Positions 31,557 through 41,824 of a DNA stretch of 64,000 nucleotides are shown piece after piece (positions within the stretch are counted from its first letter, which is position 1; every line of letters begins with the position of its first letter). Both the position numbers and the translations under genes were made by a program. The notes beneath the pieces were generated by a model. The model was not told the DNA's origin. It saw nothing but the letters and a program-made list of their open reading frames with translations, and searched no databases. Source of the DNA: Chrysomallon squamiferum (Eukaryota > Animalia > Mollusca); contig CM022673.1 in NCBI GenBank assembly GCA_012295275.1, positions 30,008,001-30,072,000 of the forward strand, given 5' to 3'.

Positions 31557-31867
31557 TGCTTATATATCAATAAAAACAACAAAAACAATAAATAAAGAGA
31601 AAGTACCGTAAAATATCGTAATAAATCAATAAGTACTGAAAACAGTGCATTACGTTTGTATTTAAATTATAAAATTGTGATGTGAATTACCCATCGATTC
31701 AGAAAAAAGGAGTTTACTAATTAGTAAATGAAAAAGGTTTAAAAATATATAAGAAGTTAAAAAGTTAACGATAAATATTACTACATAAACGAATTTTGAA
31801 ATTCTGTTATATATAAAACAATACATTATTTTTATTCGATTTGCAAATCATTAGAGGTCCATTCTCT

Positions 31868-31930
<63 letters not shown>

Positions 31931-32114
31931 TGTTTTTGTCGATGTCGTTGGAACTATTACTGTTGCAACAATAAAATTTAAAATATAGTTATTGTCAGCA
32001 AAATCGATGTTTTTTAACTAACTTATTTTATTACTCACGAGTTGTGTTTATAATGTTTAGCTGAACAATCGATATGTTGTTTGTGTGGCTGGCTTTTTTT
32101 TTTTTTATGTACTA

Positions 32115-32710
32115 AGAACTGAAAACTGAGTTCTAATAAATAAATTTAGTTTTAGTTTTGATTAAAAACAAATAATAAAAACAATATATATTATGAGGAG
32201 AAACATCTACTGAGGTGAACCTAACAGTATCAGTACTAATACTGTTTTACTGAATGTCTAAATTAAAGTGCATTGTACTGTTCAAAATTGAAGGAACTAC
32301 ATTCCATTGAAATGAAATGAGGAATTCTGTACTGAACTGAACATAATTGTATTAACGTGATCTGTACAACACTAAATTAAGCTAGACTGAACTGTAATGA
32401 ACTGTACTACATTCTGTACTGTACCGTACTGAAGTTTACAGAACTGAACAGAACAATATCTACTGAAGTGAACAGAACAGTATTGTACTGAAGTGAACTG
32501 TACCGAACAGAACTGTACTATACTTTAATGAACGGAACTGAATTCTACTGTACAAAAAACTGCTATAATGAACTGAATTGAACTGCATTGGACTGAATTA
32601 GAAGAGTTTTGTACTTTCCTGTAGATGCTGAACTGAACTGTTAATACTGAGCTGGATTATCCTGTTATACTCCTTTAAAGTCAAACTGAATTATACTGAG
32701 AAAAAACTGA
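32115..32710. repeat. Degenerate pentanucleotide (ACTGA/ACTGT/ACAGA)n tract
   Basis: Repeated ACTGAACTGA, GTACTG and AACAGAAC motifs; internal duplication ATCTACTGA(G/A)GTGAAC..AACAGTAT at ~32206 and ~32458. Confidence 0.7.
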
Positions 32711-34323
32711 TTAAAAATGTTTATTGAATTGAAATTATCTACAAGTTCTAAAATTAATAAACGAAGTGCAGTAGGTCAGCAGTGTAGAAGAATATTCAGG
32801 CGTAAAAAGAATGAATATGCTAAAAAGAGTCGAGTAAAATAAACTAAAAACAGCGTCTGGAGATAAGAACTTGGTTCTCATATTGAAATTTATAACTGGT
32901 ATTTATCTGCATAATATATCACTGTTAACTGCGTTTTAACAGGTACGTTTATGTCCACGTGTTTTGTGTAAATTCAGATGTCTGTACTAAACTAACCCAG
33001 ACGCTGATATGAATAAACATTCAGTTAATATGTCATCCCGGATACCGGATTTCAAAAGGTGAAGGATACATCAAACTTAGTAAATATGTCTAGATATAAA
33101 ATGAATTTCTCTTAAAGAAGAAGAAAATTTAATAAATAATAAAAATCTTTGGGTGACATAATCTGAACTCGCTCTTCTTATGTTCTTGTGGATGTAATAC
33201 AATTATAGTTCTGGAGTTTATTTATTAAATGTTTTATTTCTAAAAATATTATTTAACATACAGAAAACCGTTACGTACTGCAGTCATTTATAATTATTTT
33301 CTTACAGTAAAAACAGCAGATAAAAATGTTTGAGCGATCCAGTCGACGGCTTGCGTTGGAATGTCTTTTTCTAGATAGAAGTAAGAATATGAATGAACAG
33401 AAATTTATTTATAAAAACAAACAAACAAACAAATAAACAAAACAAAACCTCCCCCCCCCCAAAAAAAAACCCACTATGCAAAATGAACACCAGATATACA
33501 GCCAAGCAGACAGATAGACAAAAACTTTTTTCTGTGAATAAACATTCATTTGATATCGACCGTTAATTGCTGAAACAGCTGTTGTTTAATGTATAATTAC
33601 ATAATAAAAATGGTAAGCATGGGTAGGATTGTATTTACTAATCTAATTAAACTGATAAATGAATATTTGTTTACAACACATTTTAAACGGAATGCTTAGA
33701 AGAGTTTAATAATAGAGGACAAAATTAACATATAAATTAAAAATTTTAAAAATGAAACCAAAATAAAACAAAAAATAACAATAAAAGATAAACAGTACCA
33801 ACCCCACCGAAAAAACACACACAGAAAATAAAATACAAAAAAAAAAAAAAATATATGTATAAATATAATATGAAGAATAAAAATATTTTAAAAAAATAAT
33901 TAAAAAAATCTCAAAATAAAATAAATTAAAATAAACTGAAATCAATTAAAAGTAAATAAACTGAAAAAAAAAAAAATAATAATAATTTAAAATAAAATAT
34001 AATATACAAAAAATAAAACCAAGAAACTAACAATTAAAAAAATGTATTTTATAAATTTGAACTACATTAATGTAACAGATAATATTTTTCAAATTATTTT
34101 TTTTAATAAAAAATGTCTTTTTAATCAGGTGATCTGACGATTTCAATATTTATATAACTACATCAACAAAAATAATAAGTACAGCATAAAGGACAACACC
34201 AGCAGAATCAGAAATAGCAACTACAACAACAGTACTTGGCAGCAGTACTTGGAAATATACTAATTTAGTGTGAAATATTTACACATGCCATAGCTAACTA
34301 ATCAAACATACATAATTACAATG

Positions 34324-34468
<145 letters not shown>

Positions 34469-36620
34469 AATGTAACAATCTAAATAAAGCGAAAAATGGA
34501 GTAGGAAGCGATAGAATTATAAATAGTAAAAATATTCTTATGTCCCATACTTTTATCATAAAATAAAATAATTAAAATGCACATTAAAAAAATAATAAGA
34601 AATAAACAAAAATGACGCTACTGAAAAAAGTAAATGTAGGAAACTAACTAAAACATAACAAACTAAAATAAATAGATAAACAGGAAAATAAGGTAAACAA
34701 AACAAAGAAATAAATGTAAATAGCCATGAAACAAAGATACTTCGTATAAAAATTTGTCTATATTTTAACTATCAGTTTGTTTACTGTAATAGACATTTTA
34801 TCTTTCCATTCTGTCGCTTGTTTTTTCTTTCTTCTTTTCTTTCTGTTCATTTTGTTATTTTTTTTACTTCCTTCCATCATTTTCATCTGTAGTCTGTCGC
34901 ACTGTCTGTCTTTGTTCTTTATTCCTAACACTGCTGTTTTCTTTTCATCTATTCATTCACTAATTTACTCGTTCATTCATTCGTTCATTCATTCTTTCTT
35001 TCATTTTTTCTTTTGTTTCATCTGTTAATTTTATTGTTGACCTAACATCAGTCGCGTCTGGGTTAAAATGACCTGTATTAATTTTTTTTTTTTTTTTTTT
35101 AAATGTTTTATTTCTAATTTAAATATAAATGATTTCATTGTACTTTAACGCCAGCTTGTTAAATGTAATTGCTAAAAAGGAATGCGTCGGGGGTAAAAGT
35201 GGCTTATATGGAAAATTGTCAAGAGAGTGAGGGGGGGCCGGTCTCAAGGTGCACGCAGAAATGGCGTCCTTGAATTTAATATATTTCATTTTAACGCTTT
35301 AGGCAGATTTTCATTTGAATTAAATTGAGTCGATATGAAAAAACAAGAACAAGAACAGATATACGTCTACTAGTATTGCTGCTGGCATCACTACTACATC
35401 TACTACTACAACTACCACCATCATGTTTGTGAGAAAGCGTGCCTGACGCAGACGCACTTCTGATTACTACGTTCACTCACTCACACCAAAATAAGCTACT
35501 ACTACATTAACATTACTACTGTAACAACAACTGCTTGTATCGCTACTATTACTACGACTACTACATACTAATACTAATACTAATACACTATTACTACTAC
35601 TACTACTAATAAATGAAATGAAATAAAGTAAAATAACATAAAATAAATAAATAAATAAATAAATAAATATAGAAATAGATAATAAATAAAAATGTCATAA
35701 ACAAACCGATAATAAAGACAACAGCAACAATAAACAAATATAACAAATAAAAATTAAACCAAAAATATAGTAATATGAATCAAATACGTTTAACGGAAAA
35801 TCATGTGCATGAAATTTACCAAATAAAATTTGTGTCTTTTTATAATCTTTTTCATTTATTCTTTTTTTAGATTTAATGTTTATTTTTAAAAAAAGAAAGC
35901 AAATTTCAAATAAATATGTAACAAAATAAGAAAAATAAAAACCCAACATAAAAAACACAACAAAGAAAACAAAACAAAATATTAATTTTTTTTTTAAATG
36001 AAAGAAAGAAAGAAAAAAGAATAATAAATAAATATAAATAAATAATAAAAAGAAATTAAAAAAAGAAGAAGAAAAAACAAGAGAAAGAAATTAAAGAAGG
36101 ACAAAAAAGAAATAAAGAAATAATAAAGAAGGAATTAAAATATTAAATTAAACAGCAAACTGACGATATCAACGTATGAAGTAAGAAAGGAAATTAAGTA
36201 ATTAAATTACGTAGTTTATTAACAACTCGCAAAATAGCAAATCAAGCGTCATTGAAAAAAAAAAAAAAAAAAAAAAAAATAAGAATAAAACAACGGAAAG
36301 AGAAATAAAGGTAAAGAATGCTATTAATTTAAATTAAAATTTTTCTTTATGAATTATTTATCGTATTTCACAGTTGTACATATGGTATCATTTTTTATTA
36401 CATTATCTTGTCAGTCATTTTTCTGATAGCCCTTTCATCATGCTTATATTCTGTATTAATGGCAAATTACTTTCTAACAATAAATCAATTAACTAGAAAT
36501 CCAAAACAAACAACTTGTTAAATAAATTCAAACAACACAAACAAAAAGCGAAGCAGAAAAAAATAACACTGCGATCCGAACGAGCAAAAAAGCAAGTAAT
36601 TAACAATAATCTCAACACAA

Positions 36621-36652
<32 letters not shown>

Positions 36653-36954
36653 GTACTACTTCTACTACAATTTTTACTACAATTACTACTAATGATAATA
36701 ATAATAATAATAATAACAATAAGTAAGCAAATACATAAATAAATATTTATATCAATTAAATAAGAACAAACAAAAACGGAAATTAAAAAAAAGAAATAAA
36801 AGAAATAAAAAGATAACAATAAATATCTAAATAAGTAAAAGTAACCAAACATTACCAGAATATCCTGATATGGAAAGTACGTAATTCGTAATTCTTATGT
36901 AGATTCTAACGCAATCCTAACAATAGTATGACGTAATAAGAGTACAGGTACATT

Positions 36955-37045
<91 letters not shown>

Positions 37046-37157
37046 CACACAAAACAAAGACAAAAATTTATATAACTGCTTACGTATTTATCTAATAATT
37101 ATATTAATAAAAGGAAAAAAGCAGTGAAAACAGTGAAGACTTGATGGAAAACAATTG

Positions 37158-37163
37158 TTTATT
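37158..37163 (-). terminator. Putative polyadenylation signal AATAAA of the first bHLH gene
   Basis: First canonical AATAAA I could find on the minus strand downstream of the stop at 37820 (plus strand TTTATT), followed on the minus strand by U-rich sequence. Implies a ~680-nt 3' UTR. Confidence 0.55.
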
Positions 37164-37275
37164 TACAGTGGATAAAATTGTATATACAAATAAAACAGTT
37201 TCATGTAGACCGAAAAAAATAAAAAATTAATACGAAGCGACATAAAACAGAGAAACGAGAAAATAACCAGTTTTC

Positions 37276-37808
37276 TAAGGCAGTGTATCGGAAGACAAGA
37301 AGATAAATTATTTTAAAATAAAATTATATAAAAATAAAAACTAATTTATATAGAAGAAAATATTGCACCATTGTCGGCCTATGTGCAAATCGTATTTGAA
37401 ATCTTTTCAGCATTCCGACCAAAGTTGAAGATTATTTGTTCGTGGAAGACTTGTACTTTAGGCACATAACTGAACACAATGAAGTGGATTTTAAAGGCAC
37501 TAATATGCTTAACAATACGAAAACATATATAAATACTAATCTATTAGATTTACGAGAAGCATAACATTACCATAGATTTCAGAGTTATTATTAAGTCATA
37601 ATTTTGTATCATAGTCTTTGGTCACAGTATGTAAATATATATATATATATATTTTTTGTTTTTCAAAAGTAAATATAATTGAACTCACGAAAGGAACAAA
37701 CACATTCACATCGACCTATCATTCTGTCCTGTCACAGACTTTAAGGCGCTGACTTATAAGGCACAGGTTTCTAATGCTTTAAGGCACAGAGACAGTAGTC
37801 ATGAACAC
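37276..37808 (-). promoter_or_regulatory. Cluster of conserved-miRNA seed-match sites in the predicted 3' UTR
   Basis: The plus strand reads as the miRNA 5' ends. miR-124: TAAGGCAC 37780-37787 and 37757-37764, AAGGCAC 37494-37500, TAAGGCA 37276-37282. miR-7/GY-box: TGGAAGAC 37443-37450, GGAAGAC 37290-37296. miR-9: TCTTTGGT 37615-37622. miR-92: TATTGCAC 37361-37368. miR-375: TTTGTTCG 37435-37442. miR-317: TGAACACA 37471-37478, TGAACAC 37802-37808. miR-34: GGCAGTG 37279-37285. Confidence 0.75.
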
Positions 37809-37819
37809 TTTTTTGTTTT

Positions 37820-38491
37820 TTACCCGGAATCGTCATTTTCTGAGAAATCATTGCTCACATTGTTTGGACTGGCACAAAAACTGTCCGACATGCCATCTTC
37901 ATACTTCTTAAGTACAATATCTCTCGGGTCTTTTCCGCTGGTGACTTCTTTCATGAAACTGATGTACGTCATCGCCAGCTTCAGAGTCTCTATCCGAGAC
38001 AGTTTCTTTTCGTAATTGAACGCCGGAAGTCGAGTACGCAGCGCGTCGAACGCCTCGTTCAGGTGGAACATCCGTTTGCGCTCTCGGACGTTGGCGGCTT
38101 TCCGCTGCGACGGCGTCTGGACTCTCCTCCTCTTTGTCTTACCCCCGTGCTTCTCGCTCGAGCTGTCGGGCCTGGGGAACTCCATCCCCAGCAGTGCAGG
38201 CATTGTCGATATGGACTCGTGAGTAGGGTGCCACTGTGGCATGGAACAGTGCGTGGTTTGTACGCCCGGGTACATGTGCACCGAAGACATGTCGCCCTCC
38301 ATGGCGGGGTAGTACGCCAGGGCCGTCGCGTCCTGGGCGTGGTGCCACTCCTCGTCCTGGTAGAACGTGGCGACGTGGGTTTCGCCCGAGTATGACGTCA
38401 CAGGATTAAAGGACGAAAGGTGTAACTCCGGCTGAACGAAAGAAGAAGAATCAGTAAAAAGTTCTCCAAGAAGTCTTCTGTCTGGTTCCAT
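37820..38491 (-). CDS. Fer3: Fer3/Nato3 (FERD3L, PTFb family)-like bHLH transcription factor, paralog A, 223 aa from first ATG
   Basis: b[66 protein letters not shown] matches the Fer3/FERD3L signature ([61 protein letters not shown]). The track start at 38548 is GTG; the first ATG is at 38491 (context AATATGG). Uninterrupted, GC/CpG-rich ORF. Confidence 0.92.
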   Translation of the reverse strand: MEPDRRLLGELFTDSSSFVQPELHLSSFNPVTSYSGETHVATFYQDEEWHHAQDATALAYYPAMEGDMSSVHMYPGVQTTHCSMPQWHPTHESISTMPALLGMEFPRPDSSSEKHGGKTKRRRVQTPSQRKAANVRERKRMFHLNEAFDALRTRLPAFNYEKKLSRIETLKLAMTYISFMKEVTSGKDPRDIVLKKYEDGMSDSFCASPNNVSNDFSENDDSG

Positions 38492-39043
38492 ATTTAAAAC
38501 AGAAGAAATGTACAAATTATTTAAGTCCAAAATAGATGACGTCACCACTTTTTAATCCCAGTTGATAATCCTTGATAGGCTTCAGATAGAAGCTAAATGT
38601 ATAATATCATCCTTCAGTTGTCCGCTGACCACCGTTATTCCGGAATATGGCGAATTATAACGAATTAGTACAGTCAGTTTTAAAGGCACTGTATCTTGTC
38701 AATACAAATTTTAACTTCTGAACGAACACAAAATAATATTTTTTTTTTTTTAAATAATGTGTATCGATTTTTCAAATTAAATGTTTTAAATCCTCTTTTC
38801 CTACGTTTTATGTTTCCTCTTTTTTCTTTTCTTTTTGTCTTTCTCTCTATTTTAAAAGTCTAAGAGAGAAAAATGTCCAGTTAAGTCCAGAAAAGCCGAT
38901 GCCAGCTTCTTGGCGTTTGATCAACAAGTGTCAGACAGCAACATGTTGCAGTGGTTGGAGATCAGCAAATATTCGATGGTCTTTTAATGTCGTGTATTTA
39001 TGTCCCATTTTAATATCGACCAAACCTGAGAGGCTCAGTGACG

Positions 39044-39317
39044 ATTTATACAGGTAAAAGTATCCGGCACGCGCCATCCTACAGGTTACGTTACAGCTCG
39101 CTTAGGGCGTGGTAAGCGTGCCGTCCATGTGGGTGGGCGGGACCTAGGAACAAACCTTACCAGTTGGTAGTGAGGCTAATGTCACGAAATTCTGCAAAGC
39201 TATAACCACATGTTATGGTAATTACAATGCCTATTAACTGTGTCACAGTTGTCAGGTAAAAACGGAAGTCAGTGGTGGGCGTGACTTATGAAGCGTGACT
39301 GCCACGCCTCCACACCC
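39044..39317 (-). promoter_or_regulatory. Putative proximal promoter of paralog A
   Basis: TATAAAT on the minus strand at 39050-39044; GGCACGCGCC at 39066-39075; Sp/KLF-type boxes GGGCGTGG 39105-39112, GGGTGGGCGG 39131-39140, GGTGGGCGTG 39274-39283, GCCACGCC 39301-39308, CACACCC 39311-39317; ETS-like CGGAAGT 39263-39269. CpG-rich and ~550 bp upstream of the ATG. Confidence 0.6.
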
Positions 39318-40200
39318 GATGACCTGTCTGTCACAGGCAGTTTATGAAGGGCTTTGTTTAACCACTTGCGTCGTGTGCACATTCAGGTAACCCAGAGAGA
39401 CTTTAGCATCAATCACAAGCGAGGCTGCGTTATTGATGAAAAATCTCGACGGTTAACGTTTCGCTGTTTATTAAACTGCTTGAATTAAACATTTATTCTA
39501 ACTCTACATCTTTTGTCTCCAGACACGGTCACCTTGTCCTTATCGTAAAATATATATTTTTTTCACACTTTAACCTTCCTTTTTTCTTACGTTTTATCTT
39601 TTTAAAATCTTCTTTTTGTTCTTATTTTGAGATGTCTTTCTTCCTTGTCCTTTCTATTAAATTTCTTTCTTGTTCTTATTGCTGTTCGTATCATTTTCGC
39701 TGACTGCAGATTTTTTTTATAGTTTTGTAATAACATAATTTCTACGATATATATATATATATATATAAATATATAAATATATAAAGTGTGACTATATCTA
39801 TTTAAAATATATAATTATATTTGTCCTTGCGCATTTATTGATCGGTGTTTATTAGTGTGTATACGTATACGTAGATCTACAATATATATTTATTTCTTAA
39901 TGCTCGTACACTTCCATGTGTGAATATATTTTAAAATTATAACTGCAAACACCACACGCGGCATATTTAGTACGGTTTTCTAAAGAATTCAGGCACCTAA
40001 TACAGAATAATCAGGGCGGGTCCGCTGGTTTCTGGCGACCAGATTATCACTTTAAGATTATCACTAATTTTCGAATGCTGTGAGTTTAGCTGTTAAACAA
40101 ACATTAAGTAACGTAAATTCTCAAGAAGAAAGAATAAAACATAGAATATTATAAAATGGATCAAGGAAAATTAAATCTCTGTAAAAAAATAAGGTATTTA

Positions 40201-40784
40201 CAGGGTGTCTAAAAAGTAACCGAACTGCAAACTTAAATAAAATTAGACATTAAAAACAACAAATTTAATCTGTATATTTAGTATTTACAAATCTTCAAAA
40301 TGTCTACCTTGAACTTCAATACAATCACTGTTTTTGGACGACCTTTTTTAGAAGCATTTGACACACTTCCAGTTACTTCGAATTTGGATACAAGATTGAA
40401 CATTGTCGATTTACTCGATACAGATGTTCTAAAGTTTACTTCCCATCTTTCATCAACATGCTTGTAGCTAGTCATTGCATAGTTATTCTTAATAACGAAG
40501 ATACGTTCGTTTAAATCTAAAGTTCTTCGCTGCATTTTTAAGAGTGAGGGTACCATTTCAAGTCAAACCAGGGAGAGTCCAGTAGCATGTGCTAAAACAG
40601 AAGTCTCGATCACGAAGAACACTACAATCAGATAACAAAAATCATTCCAAAGACTACTACTGACAGAAATAAATGAATAGTACAAAAGATAACATAAAAT
40701 GACATAAAAGATGGAATTAAATTTGTTATTTTTAATATCTAATTTTATTTAAGTTTGCGGTTCGGTTACGTTTGGGACACCCTG
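40201..40784 (-). mobile_element. Internally deleted (non-autonomous) Tc1/mariner-superfamily DNA transposon, 584 bp
   Basis: 69-bp terminal inverted repeats beginning CAGGGTGTC (40201-40269 and 40716-40784; 6 mismatches by hand), flanked by TA on both sides (40199-40200 and 40785-40786). Carries a transposase N-terminal fragment. Confidence 0.92.
40278..40556 (-). pseudogene. Truncated transposase ORF (N-terminal helix-turn-helix, DUF4817-like); no DDD/E domain
   Basis: ERIFVIKNNY...SYKHVDERW...SKSTMFNLVSKFEVTGSVSNASKKGRPKTV matches the KFxxTGSV...GRPR pattern of Tc1/mariner DNA-binding domains. The ORF ends just after the GRPK motif, next to the TIR. Confidence 0.8.
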
Positions 40785-40807
40785 TAGAATATTCCTCATA
40801 CCTGTCT

Positions 40808-40860
40808 ATGTGTGTGTGTGTGTGGTGTGTGTGTTTGTGTGTGTGTGTGGTGTGTGTGTT

Positions 40861-40893
<33 letters not shown>

Positions 40894-41104
40894 GGTGTGT
40901 GTTTGTGTGTGTGTGTTTGTGTGTGTGTGTGTTTGTGTGTGTGTGTTTGTGTGTGTGTGTGTTTGTGTGTGTGTGTTTGTGTGTGTGTGTGTTTGTGTGT
41001 GTGTGTTTGTGTGTGTGTGGTGTGTGTTTGTGTGTGTGTGTTTGTGTATGTGTGTTTGTGTGTGTGTGTGTGCGTGTTTGTGTGTGTTTGTGTGTGTGTG
41101 TGTG
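40808..41104. repeat. (TG)n microsatellite with periodic TT interruptions
   Basis: GTGTGTGTGTTT-type units directly visible; source of the CVCV ORFs. Confidence 0.95.
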
Positions 41105-41394
41105 AATAAATCAGTAATAATTTATCTAAAACACGTTTGTATACTTATCTCCTGCTGGATAACAAACATATGTATAAGTTTTATGTCCTTATAAATGGAT
41201 TTACAGCAGAAAATCAAAATAGTTCATGCCTATAATCGTTCATTCATGCATGTGCATAGTACCTTCATGTACATATATTATTATATACGTACTATACATA
41301 AAAAGTACTATATATATATATATAGTGAGTGAGTGAGTGACAGATATAGTAAGAAAGAAAACGAATACGAAGAACAGAATAAGAGAGGGAAGAG

Positions 41395-41491
<97 letters not shown>

Positions 41492-41520
41492 ACAGAGGGG
41501 TACAGACAGAAAAGTTGCGA

Positions 41521-41824
41521 GACAGGTGAAGTGTGGGCTTGGTGAAAGATATCTGTTTTTTTACGAGGTAGCTTGAAACCTGTGTTACAATGGAATCACA
41601 CATTAGTGTAACATCTTCCAGACTTCACAAATATATAATTTCACAGGATCATCATACATCATTTTAAGTATTATCATACATCACTGCAGGATTAACACAC
41701 AACAGTAGATATGGCAGTGAGACAATTCCAAAATATAATACGTATTTCGTACACTAGAGGGCGTAATGCAATAATCATTTATACATTAGAAGACATTTGT
41801 TGGTCTGCATAATGGATAAATGAA
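41521..41824 (-). repeat. Dispersed ~300-bp repeat, copy 2 (inverted relative to 29633-29942), ending close to a (CT)n tract on the same strand
   Basis: See copy 1. Track ORFs 29862+ and 41603- even share SYLVKKQI, reflecting the DNA similarity. Confidence 0.8.

Noticed and set aside
37320-37400. A miR-92-family gene on the plus strand
   Set aside because: No complementary 5p arm upstream (A/T-rich sequence); only a 6-bp local stem. It is better explained as a target site on the minus-strand mRNA.
38683-38689. Additional miR-124 7mer (AAGGCAC) upstream of the paralog A start codon
   Set aside because: It lies in the putative 5' UTR, where seed sites are rarely effective; not counted in the cluster.
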